Positions 50,347 through 63,738 of a stretch of 64,000 nucleotides of DNA are shown here, one piece after another. Source of the stretch: Octopus vulgaris (lineage: Eukaryota); NCBI GenBank assembly GCA_951406725.2, contig OX597823.1:79670001-79734000 (forward strand), read 5' to 3'. A program made the position numbers and the translations under genes. The stretch's first letter is position 1. The number at the start of each line of letters is the position of its first letter. The notes below the pieces were generated by a model. That model was not told the origin of the DNA, searched no databases, and saw only the letters and a list, made by a program, of their open reading frames with translations.

Positions 50347-51557
50347 CTTATAAGGAAAATAAAAAAAATTAAAGAAAATTAAAATGAAACAAGAACGAAC
50401 AATATGTGTGTGTGTGCATATAAATTATATTAGAGCTAAATTTGACAGTTTGCATATAAGGAAACGAAAATACAATATCTCATCCAACAATAAAGTATTA
50501 TAAAAAACAAAATATCAACTAGATTATGGTTGGGAGGAAAGAGTTTTTACTCAAAGTAGCCACTCTCAGTTTCCACTTTGACCTCAAGATGGTTCTGGAG
50601 AGAGGTACATGTGTTCCTCACTATGCCCTGGAACACGTCCTTAATCTTGGTGTTTCAGGTAGAGCAGTTTGTGTCTTTCTCAACCATGCCCCACACATTA
50701 ATTTATGGTATTATAATTAAGGGAATTAGGAGGCCAGAATTTGGGGCCGGTGAAGTCATAGAAATTCTCCAACAATTGCATCTGACTCCACACATAAGGC
50801 TTCCAACAGCATCCCTCTCCAGCCAGGGTTCGACCAGTCTTCAGCATCTTATCATCATCATCATCATCATCATCGTTTAACGTCTGTTTTCCATGCTAGC
50901 ATGGTTTGGCTGGTTCGACCGGGATCTGGAAAGCCAGAAGGCTGCATCAGGCCCCAGTCTAATCTGGCAGTGTTTCTACAGCTGGATGCCTTTCCTAATG
51001 CCAACCACTCCGTAAGTGTAGTGGGTGCTTTCTACGTGCCATTGGCACAGGTGCCAGGTGAGGCTGGCAATGGCCACGATCGAATTAGTGCTTTCTACGT
51101 GCCACAGGCACGGAAGCCAGTCAAGGCGGTGCTGGCATCGGCCACGTTCGGATGGTGCTTTTTACGTGCCACCGGCACAGGGATCACAACTACAATTTCC
51201 ATTGATTGACCATTTGAATTGAGCCAAAGGCCCTGTTCAAAGATGGATGGCATGACATCACCTTCCATGGAGACAAAGCCAAAGAACCATCAAAGTTTTG
51301 GGGAACTTTGTTTCCATAATGTCTGTCACATTTTATAGCCTTTACAATGTTCACAGAGCATTGAGTGGCAGTCATGATGTCAGCGTTTTGATACCCAGCA
51401 GGAATCATCATCATACAGATAACTCTTTTCCAATATTCAGATGGCTTTCGGTCCTCTATGCCAACTAACTTTTTCTCCACTACAACTTTAATCCTTATGC
51501 TCTCCAATGTTGTTGACTGCTCACCAATACATCAAATAGTTTCTGACAAAAGGAGAC

Positions 51558-51588
<31 letters not shown>

Positions 51589-52499
51589 TAATAATAATAA
51601 TAATAAAAAAACATCTGTAGAAAACTGGAAGATCTACTGTTTTCTGTGAGTAATTTGAATTTCCCTCAAAATAAGTTAAGGAACTTACATATCTACAGCT
51701 CATACAAACGTACACCTAACAAGAAAAATTAGAAACATAAATATCTCCAATTATGTGTGAACATTTACATTTAGTTGTCTCTCATGACTATAAGAATGTG
51801 TAAAATTGCCTTTTATTGTAACAACACAATTAAATGCATGATAAAAAATTATGGAATTAAGCACCTGCTAATATATACATACAACTGAATTCAGAAATTT
51901 AAAAAATATATACATAACATTGATTTCAGAAATTTAAAAAAAAAAAAATCATTGACATAAACATCAGATAATATGTGTGTGTGAGTAAACATATACATAT
52001 ACATATGTATGTGGAAAGGAAGAAAAGAGAAAGGAAAAAAATAAATAAATAAATGTAAACAGGTTTGACCTTTTACTGACTATTACTGTCCTTTGTCTCC
52101 ACCATCTGCTGAATCTATTTATAGACCCATAGACCATGACCTCTTTAACCAACCATTCCCCCACACAATGGCAGTAGTGGTGTTGATGGTGGCTGTGACT
52201 ACACATAAAACAATGTCATTGATGATGATGATGATGGTGATGAAGGTGATAGTAATAACAATAATAACTGACAGATCCCTTGTTTTTTCTTTTCTTTCTC
52301 TGTATTCTATTCTCATTATTGGGAACTAATACAGGCAGAGTGAGTCTTTTATAAGTTTAAAAGAGGAAGGGAAAAGAAGGAAGGAAAAAGGGGAAGGAGA
52401 TAGAGAGAAAGAGAGAGGAAAAAAGGAAGAGAAGGGGGAAAAAAATGTTCCAAGATAAAACTATCAACAAAAAAAATACAGACAAATACAGATCTGCTA

Positions 52500-55424
52500 G
52501 CCTTAAGAAGCTACACTACAAGCAATGCTTATGTGTAGAGAACCCTAAACTGACAGATCCATCTCCTAATATAAGAATGGAAGCTTGTCATGCTTCAATG
52601 TCAACAAATCAAACCACATTGGTCGTTGCATGGATTACAAAAGACCATGTACCTGAATATTGAATCAAATTCTGATTGAAAAATCAGCTACTGGATCAAA
52701 TCTTCCCAACACACAGGAGCTGGACGTACCCCACAACCGGAATATTCCAACAGATGGCCATCCATGCTTGTCACCAAATAATCAAAAGAAAAAGAAGGGA
52801 AAATGGTCTAGGGAAGATAATAAAGAAGTTCTTGAGGCCTTCTACCATGCCATATATTTCCCCACAGATAAATCTAACACTGTACAAGCATACTTAAACT
52901 GGAGACAGAAACACCCTGAAGTAAGACCCTACATAGACAGTAACAAACTTGCCAACGTCAGAAGAAACATTATAAAAAAAAATTACTGACTGAAGTAGAG
53001 ATTGATCAAGTTAGACAAGCAATATCAGATAAAATGAACGAAGCTGCAGCTAGAGAAGATAATACAGAGGAAATAATTATAGACCAGCCCAGGGCTGATA
53101 AAAACGAAGTAAGGATTGAAAGAGTTAGTATAAGTGATGGGCAAAGTGAAATACTCCCTGAAACAATCATAGACACTAAGACAGATGAACATCAAATAGA
53201 TAAAGAAAGTCACACAAATATTGACCCAACAGAACTACATGAGCTAAAAAATCAAATCATGATTGAATGGCTGAAAATTAAAGAAACCAGCATGGATGAA
53301 CGTGATACACTCCATAAAATCCACAACTCTAACCAAAACATGAAAATAATTGGTAAAATCCGGCTCGCACTTAAGGATATAATTTCAGCTAATGATGTTG
53401 ATATCACAAATCTCAACCACCTATACTATGCATCCGCGAAAATCTCAACGATCCTATGTGATAAAAAGATTAGAAAACGGCAACATTCCCACAAAAAGCT
53501 TTCTTGGCAAGAGCGTCTGCAACAACAAATTAAACTATTTAGATCTGACATTGAATATTTGAAAAACCTTAAGGCTCTCAAAACTGCTCAATGACGCACA
53601 GTACGGGTATAAAATGTTTGATAAAAATATAAATCATCTCATTTACATGGATGATTTAAAGCTCTTTGCAAAAAATGACCAACAACTCAAGGGCTTACTA
53701 GCGATAGTCAAACAATTCAGTGACGACATCAGAATGCAATTCGGCCTCGATAAATGTGCAAAAGCTACCTTTATCAAAGGAAAAAATGACAGAAACATCT
53801 AACGTTAACCTTGACCAGCAGAATGTCATAAAAGAACTAGACCCAGCGGAGAGCTACAAGTACCTAGGAGTAATTGAAGGGAACGGAATAAGGCATTCAG
53901 AGATGAAGGAAAGGATCAGGAGAGAATGCTATCGAAGAGTGAGAGCAATACTCAAGACAGAGCTGAATGCAAGAAACAGGATCGAAGTGATCAATGCATT
54001 AGCCATACCAGTCGTGACTTACAGTTTCAATATCGTTAACTGGTCAATTACTGAAATATGTCAGCTCAACAGTAAAATAAGAAAACTGTTGACAATGCAT
54101 AGAATGCACCACCCTAAGGCAGATACAGAACGACTTTATCTGCCAAGAAAAAAGGGAGGCCGTGGTCTTTTGCAACTGGCAATAACAACGAAGATTGCTA
54201 CAATTGGCCTAGACACCTACCTGAAAAAGTCTGAGGACTGGATGTTAAAACTTGTCTCAAAACATGAAAACAAGAAAGCATCATACTCAGTAACAAAACA
54301 GGCACAGGAATATCTAAGTGAATTCCGAATACAACCAATTTCGGAATTAGAGATAGACATACAAGAAACAAGCACAGAAAAAGCTAGGCGCATGAAAACC
54401 CATGCCAAAACTGCGGCCTTAGATATTCTGAATAATAAATGACAAGAAAAACCTCTCTATGGCAAATACCCAAAGAGAGCGAATAATGCAGATATTGACA
54501 AAGCCCTGACCCATCAATGGCTAATGGCCTCTGACTTAAAATCTGAAACAGAGGGGTTTATCATAGCAGCTCAAGATCAATGCCTACCAACAAGAAACTA
54601 CCAGGCCAACATATTAAAGAACGGCAGTAGCCCAACATGTCATGTATGCCGACAACAAAATGAAACCATTGATCATGTTGTCTCCAAATGCAGTCTTAGG
54701 GCACCTACAGAGTACCTCAACAGGCATGATAGAGCTGCACAATATATTCACTGGGTAATTTGCAAAAACCTGGATTTGCCCCATGAAAAAAACTGGTGGG
54801 AACACAATCCACCTCCAGTGCTTGAAAATGACCACATCTCACTCCTCTGGAACTTCACCATTCAAACTGACAGAAAGATAGATGCAAATAGGCCAGACAT
54901 CATATTGAAAGACTTCAGACAAAGAACATGCCTCCTCATTGATATGACTGTCCCAATCAATATAAACATATCTGTCAAGACCTACCAAAAACTGAGCTAA
55001 TATAAAGATCTTGAAATAGAAATCAGCAAAATGTGGAAGCTGAAGACTAAAACAATACCTGTTGTCATAGGTGCCCTGGGAATGATAGCGAAAGGGACTG
55101 ATTGCTACCTAACTCAGATACCAGGAAACCCCAAAATGGCAGAAATTCAAAAGACAGTGCTCATGGGAACTGCTCATATCCTACGCAAAATACTCTCTAT
55201 GTAATCCCAAGGTTTAAAACAAACTTTTTTTTTTTTTTTATGTATTAGACATTCACTAGTACAACACCAAAAAAACCCCCAAATATATGGCACACTAGGC
55301 ATAACAACAACGTGAACTTCCAACCTGTTGTCTCTTTAGGTCTCTGGGTGAGACTTGGAGCCAACTTGTACAGACATAACGCAAAAGTCAAACATAGAAT
55401 AATAATAATAGTAATAATAATAAT
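52500..55424 (+). mobile_element. R4/Dong-like RLE non-LTR retrotransposon with a large internal deletion, antisense to CENP-I
   Basis: HLIYMDDLKLF and FGLDKC RT motifs, CHVC..ETIDHVVSKC knuckle, RPDII...LIDMTVP endonuclease, (TAA)n at the 3' end; several stops and frameshifts. Confidence 0.9.
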
Positions 55425-55654
55425 CAAATTTAACCAGAGCACCCTGAGTATATATAATAAGGAAATACCAATTTTCAACTGCAACTTTGCAATGAACAAA
55501 GTCCTGCTAGTGAAATTTGGTTGGCATAAACTATGCAAAAGTCTATCATACACATGCATTTGAACATGCTTTCTCTCAAGATTGTTTGTTCATGGATATC
55601 AATATTTGGGCATCAATGAATAAACTGTTGATAAGCATGCAAGAGACAAACATA

Positions 55655-56362
55655 CAGTAATGCCCTCATATACAAGTTGATTTATTCCTGGGGACCACTC
55701 GTAAAGCAGAGCAATGATTTCCCATAGTAGCAATGTTATAAATTGTAATTCGTTCCCAGAAAAATGTTTTACCGATAAAATTTACAATACTTATAAATAA
55801 ATAACAATTATACAACAGAAGAATATAAAGAATATTATATGTAAAGTAAGAAGAATGTCAAGATCATCATTATCATCATCGTTTAATGTCCACTTTCTAT
55901 GCTAGCATGGGTTGGACAACTTGACTGAGGACTAGCGAACCAGTTGGCTGCACCAGGCTCCAATCTGATCTGGCCGAGTTTCTACAGCTGGATGCCCTTC
56001 CTAACACCAACCACTCCGAGAGTGTTGTGGGTGCGCCACCAGCACAGGAACCTGTCCAGTCACCAGCACAAATCCCCAATTTCACTCGCATTACACCCAT
56101 ACACACCGTCGCTAGTAGATGCAATCACCGATTCACAAGCATTCATAGATGGACTGGAAGATTTCTTTTTAAAAAGCAAATCTAGAGTTGTTTGCATAGA
56201 AGAAGCTGTTTTTTGCTCTCTATAAATTTCTCGGTAACATGTAGAACCATTTATTATTGTAGTAGAAACTTTTGCCCTTTGTTTAAGAACTTGTGCTTGG
56301 AAAATAAAACTCATAAACCCAGGGTCTCATAAGGGAGGTCCTCATAAAATGAGGTATTACTC
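55655..56362. mobile_element. Tigger/pogo-like deleted element
   Basis: TA-cagtaatgccctcat left end, atgaggtattactc-TA right end; minus-strand QTTLDLLFKK transposase C-terminal-like peptide. Confidence 0.65.
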
Positions 56363-56717
56363 TATATTTTCTCCACAAAATGCATGATGTCACATGAAAT
56401 AAAAAAAACTAAAATAAAGTGTGATTACAATAGATGGAAGAAGGAATTTCACATTTTTACTTTCATCTTTAGTCAATCTGCCATAATGTAATAGCTCTGC
56501 ACACACAACAAATAGGAAACAAGACAGAATGCTGATAGGCAAGCTATCTCTCAGGTTGCTACCTCGGTAGCTTGCAATTTCTCCATATGTACTACCATAA
56601 GGATTGATCCTCACATTCACTCTTTTTAACTCATACATAATAATCTTGTACATGTCAACAAAATATACATACGCCTTATATGCAGAGTACTTCACTACTT
56701 CATCCCCCTACCTATCT

Positions 56718-57218
56718 CAGCTGCATCATGGTGCACAAGGACGAGGACAACTGCCTCACAATGCATGTGGGTGAGGACAGCTGCCTCAGTGTGCATGGAT
56801 GAGCACAGCTGCATCAAGGTGCACATGGATGAGGACAACTGCATCAAGGTGCACATGGATTAGGATAAGAGCATCAAAGTGCACATGGACAAGGATAGCT
56901 GCATCAAGCTGCACACATGAGGACTAGCTACATCAAAGTGTGCATGGATTAGGACAGTTGCCTCAAGGTGCACATGGACAAAGACAGCTGTTTCAAGGCA
57001 AGCATGGATAAGGACAGCTGCACCAAGGTGCACATTGATAAGGATAGCTGCATTAAGTTGTACATGGATGATGGCAGTTTCATCCAGTTGTGCATGGATT
57101 AGGGCAGCTGCATTAAGTTGCACATGGAAGAGGACAGCTGCATCAAGTTGTGCACAAATGAGGACAGGTGCTACAGAGTGTGCATGGCTGAGGACAGCCA
57201 CACCAAGGTGTACATGGA
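56718..57218. repeat. 30-bp minisatellite, about 16-17 diverged units
   Basis: Consensus gtgcacatggatgaggacagctgcatcaag in strict 30-nt register apart from one 1-nt deletion. Confidence 0.9.
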
Positions 57219-57760
57219 ATGTTATTCCTGCAGATATTCACCAACATCTCACCAATCTAGGTGGGTCTATAGAGATTATTATCACTGTAACCCATGTCAT
57301 TTTGACTATCATTATCATCATCATTCAATGTCTGTTCTATACTGGTATGATTTTGACAGCTTGACAGGAACTGGTAACACCAGCTTCCATACTCTGTTTT
57401 GGCTTCGTTTTTATAGCTGAATGCCACCCATGCCCCATGCAAACCACTTTAGAGAGTGTACTGTGTGTATTTTTCATGGCACCAACACCAATGCTTTTTA
57501 CGCAGCACTTTGGTTTTAAGATATCAATTCTGTTGTAATAGCCACGTCCTCTGGAGCACATCAATGCGCAACATAAGTCCATCCTCTGGAGCACATCAAT
57601 GTGCAACATAACTCCGTCCTCTGTCATCTCTTTTGTAAGGCTCAGCATTTTCAGATCAGCCTTCAAAACTTATTAAAACATCACACAAAGAATGAAACAG
57701 TAAAACCTGCAGAGAAAAATAAAGGCAAAAAACAAAAAAGGGAGCATTAATAGGTCTCAC

Positions 57761-57892
57761 CATATCGTAGACTTGCAGCAACATTAACCAGTCCCAGAAT
57801 ATCTTCATGTGATAAACCTACAGCTCGTGCACAGACTTTCACATTAACAATGCAGGTTTTCAGCTTCCCTCTTGGTTTCTTAAATGAACTTT
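57761..57892 (-). CDS. CENPI: CENP-I coding exon (most 5' exon found; phase 1 to 1), xSSFKKPRGKLKTCIVNVKVCARAVGLSHEDILGLVNVAASLRY
   Basis: ctttacag acceptor, gtgaga donor; resembles the recalled CENP-I segment VENVAWKNGLASEEIDILLNIALS. Confidence 0.8.
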
Positions 57893-58220
57893 CTGTAAAG
57901 AGAAGGTCACAATCACACAGATGTAATATTAGATTTCAGTCAGTTTAATTTTTTGATCCTCACAAATGTTAATAACTAAAAGATAGAAAAATGTAGTACA
58001 TTTCGGTCATTCTTAAAACCATCTACTTTAGCTTAAATATTTCCGGTAGAGAGAATTGGAACGGGTGAAAACCAATTGTGAGTTCCGTGATATCACAGGT
58101 TGGGAGACATGTACACATGGATATCCCGCCAGCATTGATTTTCTTTGTTTTTCTTCTGTTCATGGTGGAAGCAGTGGGAAAGCAAACTCCTTACCCACAC
58201 CACCATGTCTCTACCTGAAA

Positions 58221-58498
58221 TCTTTACATATAAAAGTGAAGTTGTGTGTCTGTCTCCTATGATTTAGATTCCTAACTACTCCCACATTTTGCAGTGCAGT
58301 TTAACCAAAACCGGGTATCTTATAGCCGTGATTCATATCGAGCCCTTCTGGGTATTAGCGCACGTCTACAATGAGTCTATGATTTTAAAAAAAATTTATC
58401 ATAATTTTTTCCCATTTTTAATGCATTTTTTTGGCTATTATATAAGGGAAGTAACTCTCTAAAAATGCTTATATAGCAACGCCAGGCGATACTGCTAG
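58221..58498 (+). mobile_element. Short Helitron-like copy of the same family
   Basis: a|TCtttacatataaaa start, gcaacgccaggcgatactgCTAG|t end. Confidence 0.8.
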
Positions 58499-59109
58499 TG
58501 TGTGTATAAATATAGAAGTTCTAAACTGATAGTAGTTGTGTAACATGGGTCAGTCCTAAGCAAAGCTATGGAGAAAAGGCAAGCAAACCAGTCATGACCC
58601 TTCCATGAATTTCCTTGGCAGAACACACCCAGGACCACATCATCCAAAGTATTCTCTTCTGAGATGGTACGATGTCACCTACATGGAATTTAGAAACTAT
58701 TTCTTGCAAGTTAAATAATCATGTAGATAATCCCACCTGGGGTAACTGACACAGAAAGCTGATAATACCAGAATATCATAGAAAAATACTCCAATGTATA
58801 AGCATTGCTCTAAAGAGATTTCATTCATTAACATCTAGAAGAAGAGAAACAGAGAAATGTATGATGTATTGGTTTCAAATTTTAGCACAAGGCCAGCAAT
58901 TTCAGAGAGGGGGGGGTAAGTTGTTTACAGTAAATCCCAGTACTCAAGTGGTACGTGTTTTACCCACCCTAAAAGGATGGAAGGTAAAGTAGACCTCAGT
59001 GAAATTTGAACTCAGAACAAATATGGACAATATGCCACTAAGAATTTTGCCTGGAATACTAACAAATGTGCTAGTGCAATGCAGTAAAGGAATGAAGGAA
59101 TGTATAATG

Positions 59110-59518
59110 CAATGCTTTTCAACCTTTTTGCTGGAGCGGAACCCCAAGGAAACATTCCACTGGCTCGAGGAACCCCTGTGCAATAATTTAATAGTCTTAT
59201 GCACACATAATTTAATAGTCTTATGCAGACCGGGCGTTGTGTGTGTTTATTGAGCGAAAACACCTAAAAGCTCCACGAGGCTCCGGCAGGGGATGGTGGT
59301 GATCCCTGCTGTACTCTTTCACCACTCTAAAAGGCGGTGCTCCAGCATGGCCGCAGTCAAATGACTGAAACATGTACAAAAAAAAAAAAAAAAAAAATAT
59401 CTGCACAGGAGACTTAAAAATTACTGCTGATTTTAGCAGTTTTGTAACTTCTTGAGGAACCCCTGGACTGTACTGGCGGAACCCTAAGGTTCCGCGGAAC
59501 CCTGGTTGAAAACCACTG
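59110..59518. mobile_element. Second copy of the same hAT MITE, opposite orientation, with a SINE 3' fragment inserted
   Basis: Reverse complement of 2587-2805; 8-bp TSD gtataatg at 59102-59109 and 59519-59526. Confidence 0.9.
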
Positions 59519-60728
59519 GTATAATGTGTTGACTACAAATCCAATGTCGGTATTTTAACTTGCATTAGGAGTGTGTGTGTGTGTGTTTATACATACACAC
59601 ACGTGTGCATGCATGTGTCCCCTCTGATAGGTTCAGACTATATTAAGTCTTTCTGGAAACCTGCCAAAAGCTAGTGAGAAGATCTGGCAAAGACGGCTGT
59701 GACTATCTGGTCACTGCGTGTGCCACCCTCAAATGGAAGCATCCAAATTAGTCTCGTGGAACCCATTTCGTGGTGATGTAAGAAGAGGAAAACGTCATCA
59801 CGCTTACGGAGACAACTTGCCTGTAGACATTGACCTGGAATGAATCCAGGACCTCAAGGCTGTGATGATGGACTGAGAAGTGGGAGGGTGGGACTTGGTT
59901 GCTGCATCCTGGATTGGAACCTGGTTTTCAGAATGATAAGCGCAATCCTGATCAAGCAGACCTATTTACAATGTCACACTCTTAAGGGTATATGCTTTAT
60001 AAGGGATTTGGTTTCTATTTCCTGTATGTTAAATAACTGCACACAGCTTCCATTCATGGAAATATTAAACAATTACAATTATAATATGCGCAGGAGTGGA
60101 TGCGTGGTAAGTAGCTTGCTTACCAACCACATGGTTCCGGGTTCAGTCCCACTGCATGGCACCTTGGGCAAGTGTCTTCTACTATAGCCTCAAGCCAACC
60201 AAAGCCTTGTGAGTGGATTTGGTAGACAGAAACTGAAAGAAGCACGTTCTATATATGTATGTATGTATGTATGTATATATATATATATAGATAGATAGAT
60301 AGATAGATATCGTGTGTCTGTGTTTGTCCCCCCCCCCCATCATCGCTTGACAACTGATGGTGGTGTGTTTACATCCCTGTAACTTAGCGGTCCGGCAAAA
60401 GAGACCGATAGAATAAGTACTAGGCTTACAAAGAATAAGTCCTGGGGTCGATTTTCTTGACTAACGGCGGTGCTCCAGCATGGCCGCAGTCAAATGACTG
60501 AAACAAATAAAAGAGTGAAGAGTATATGAAATATAGCCTAAAGTTTGACTATCACCTTTCGTTAATACAAACTACAGATTTTCTTTTCTTTTAGCAATTC
60601 CTAGATCTCCTATCTACCATTTTTGTTTCTTTCTCGCTTCTGGATTCATTGATTCCCATTATTTCTCTTCTCTTATTTGTTTCACTTACTGGGTAATGGC
60701 CAAGCTGGAGTAATACCTTTAAAGGGTT

Positions 60729-60955
60729 TAACCCTTTAGCATTTAAACCGGCCATATCCGGCCAAAAGTATTCTGCCTGTTTTATGTTCAAATTGGCCAG
60801 ATCTGGTCTCTCACACCAACCCTACAATATCATTTTAAAAATTAACAGCTACCTCATCAAATTCTCATAGTTACAAGATAATGTTTGATTAGTTCAAACC
60901 AAAGTGGATGAAAAAGCATTAATTTTGGCAGAATAATGCGAACACTAAAGGGGTA
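60729..60955. mobile_element. Second TTAA/CCCTTT MITE family (older copies at about 13680-13888 and 18059-18254)
   Basis: ttaaccctttagcatt left end, ctaaagggg right end; shared internal tgtgagag.c.g.atctggcca. Confidence 0.6.
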
Positions 60956-61752
60956 ATCAAACAAATTGACCCCAGTACATATAGGACATGGTGTTAGGAA
61001 GGGCATAGCATTAGGAAAGGCATCCAGCTGTAGAAACTCTGACAAATCAAGATTGGAGCCTGGTGCAACCATCTGGTTCGCCAGGCCTCAGTCAAAATCG
61101 TCCAACCCATGCTAGCATGGAAAGCGGACGTTAAACGATGATGTACTTGCTCTATTGGTCTCTTTTGTTGAACCAATAAGTTAATGGACACAAACAGGCC
61201 AACACAGGTCAAGTAGTGGCAGTGGGAGGACAACAGCCCACAACCCTACACACACTCACCCAACAGGCCACCACACAGTTACTGTCTACCAAATTCACTC
61301 ACAACGCATCAGTTGGCCTCGGTTATAGTAGGAAACACTTCAACAAGGTGTCATGCATTGGAACTGAACCCAAAACCATGTGATTGCAAAGTCAACTTCT
61401 AAACCACAGAGCCATGCCTCTGCCTATTTTACTTTCCAAATAAAACAAATTATGTTTTTCTATAATAGTCCATGGGGCATGAGCTATTTACATGTTTCAG
61501 TTCAGATTTTCATGCAACAAGTTCTGGGACAATCTAAAATTACCACAGACCGATTTGGTAAAAAAAAATCCTGATCAATAATTTCAAAGTACCCCCAAAA
61601 CAATGGGTGCACTGTAATTTCTTTGTGCAAACTTCTTACCATATGTTTCTGGGTTAAGGTCCACTGCATGGCACCTTGGGCAAGTGTCTTCTACTATAGC
61701 CTTGGGCTGACCAGTGATTCGTTAGTTGAATTGGTAGACAGAAACTGAAAGC

Positions 61753-61788
<36 letters not shown>

Positions 61789-63738
61789 CTCATCAGCGTT
61801 GGTCTATTTAAGTTCCCATAACTTATCAGTTTGGGAAAAGGAACCCAAACAATAAGTACCAGATTTTAATGGAAAAAAATAAATAAATTCTGGGGTCAAT
61901 TAATTCATTCAACTAAAATCCTTCGAGCTGGTGCCACAGCATGGCCATTATCTAATGACTGAAACAAGTAGAAGAAGAATAAAGACACATACTAACCAAT
62001 ACTATATCAACAATGCTTTAACATAAGGTTCACTTTTCCATACCAACTAAATAATTTATGCTAATTAATCTGAGGTTCAGTTATACAGACTTCTCATGCA
62101 AATCCATACAATTTAAAAAATTTTTTATGCATCATCATCATTTAATGTCCATTTTACCACGTGTGCTTGGTTCAGACAAAATTTTTTGAAACAAATTTTC
62201 TACAGCTTGATGCTCTTCCTGTCATCAACCTTCATCTGTTCCGAAGCAAAGTAGTATTTCCACATGGCCAGTCATATATATCATGGAAGACTCAAAACAA
62301 ACAACATCACTTATATGATGGTGACGTCCATTTAAAACCATTATATGAGGAGAAGACTAGGGAACACACAAAAACACACATCATCGAATAACGTCCGCTT
62401 TCCATGCTGGCATGAGTTAGACGGTTTGACTGAGGTCTGGAGAGCCAGCGGCTGCACCAGGCTCCAATCTGGCAGAATTTCTACAGCTGGATGCCCTTCC
62501 TAATGCCAACCACTCCGTGAGTGTAGTGGGTGCTTTTTACGTGCCACCAGCTCAGGGGCCAGTAAGACGGGCCTAGCAATGATCATGTTCGGATGGTGCA
62601 TTTTATGTGCCACCGGCACAGGAGCCGGTCAGGGGATACTGGGCATCGGTCACGATTGGTTGGTGCTTTTTACGTACCACCAGCACTGGAGCCAATAAAG
62701 CAGGCCTGGTAACGAACACATTCGGATGGTGCTTTTTACATGCCACCATTACAGGAGCCAGTCAGTGGGTACTGGCATCGGTCACAATCAGTTGAGGCAG
62801 TACTATTACCAAAGAGCAACCGTCCTATCTTATTTTAGGTGGATGTATAATAGGAATGCTGTAATACTGCTGTATTCACTCCGAGAAATATCCCATGTAG
62901 GTGTCTTGTATATAAAAACACAGACATGTTGTCTGCAGATGAGAAATGTCAAGCACTAGTGGTTGAACTGTGATATTGTGATTTAACCCATTACTGGCAC
63001 CTGTGCCGGTGGCATATGTAAAACATTCGAGCGAGGTTGTTGCCAGTACTGCCTGACTGGCCCCATGTTGGTGGCACATAAAAGCACCTACTACACTCTC
63101 GGAGTGGTTGGCGTTAGGAAGGGCGTCCAGCTGTAGAAACTCTGCCAGATCAAGATTGAAGCCTGGTGCAACCAACTGGTTCGCCAGCCCTCAGTCAAAA
63201 TCGTCCAACCCATGCTAGCATGGAAAGCGGACGTTAAACAATGATGATAATGATCTTTTCCCAAAAGTGCATGATACTGTTTTGCATGTGTTAAGCATAC
63301 TTTTACATATCTGTTAGAGACTTCTGCCAAATATGAAAGAGAGACTCCAAATATCATTCTTTAATCTTAAACTGCACTGAGGAACTTCCTCCACTAGGTC
63401 ACTTTTGGCTTGTCTTACCTAATTAGATTTCAACAAAGTGTACAACAACCTCTTGCAACATTCTTCATCATCATCATCGTTTAACGTCCGCTTTTCATGC
63501 TAGCATGGGTTGGACGGTTCAACTGGGGTCTGGGAAGCCAGAAGGCTGCACCAGGCCCTGTCTGATCTGGCGGTATTTCTACAGCTGGATGCCCTTCCTA
63601 ACGCCAACCACTCCGTGAGTGTAGTGGGTGCTTTTAACATGCCACCGACACAGGTGCCAGACGTGGCTGGCAAACAGCCACGCTCGGATGGTGCTTTTTA
63701 CATGATACACAACACCTAGTATTACTTTATTCGTCATT

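Noticed and set aside
56860-57201. 113-aa repeat ORF as a real protein or CENP-I exon
   Set aside because: It has an internal frameshift, no splice sites were identified, and flanking CENP-I exons join without it.
56718-57218. CRISPR-like array
   Set aside because: Contiguous tandem units without unique spacers, eukaryotic context, no cas genes.
57545-57622. Two-copy tandem duplication of about 35 bp
   Set aside because: A small local duplication inside a decayed repeat fragment, with no functional signal.
63306-63357. Possible upstream CENP-I exon (MIFGVSLSYLAEVSNRY)
   Set aside because: Its donor would be phase 0 while exon 57892 needs phase 1, and there is no family similarity.
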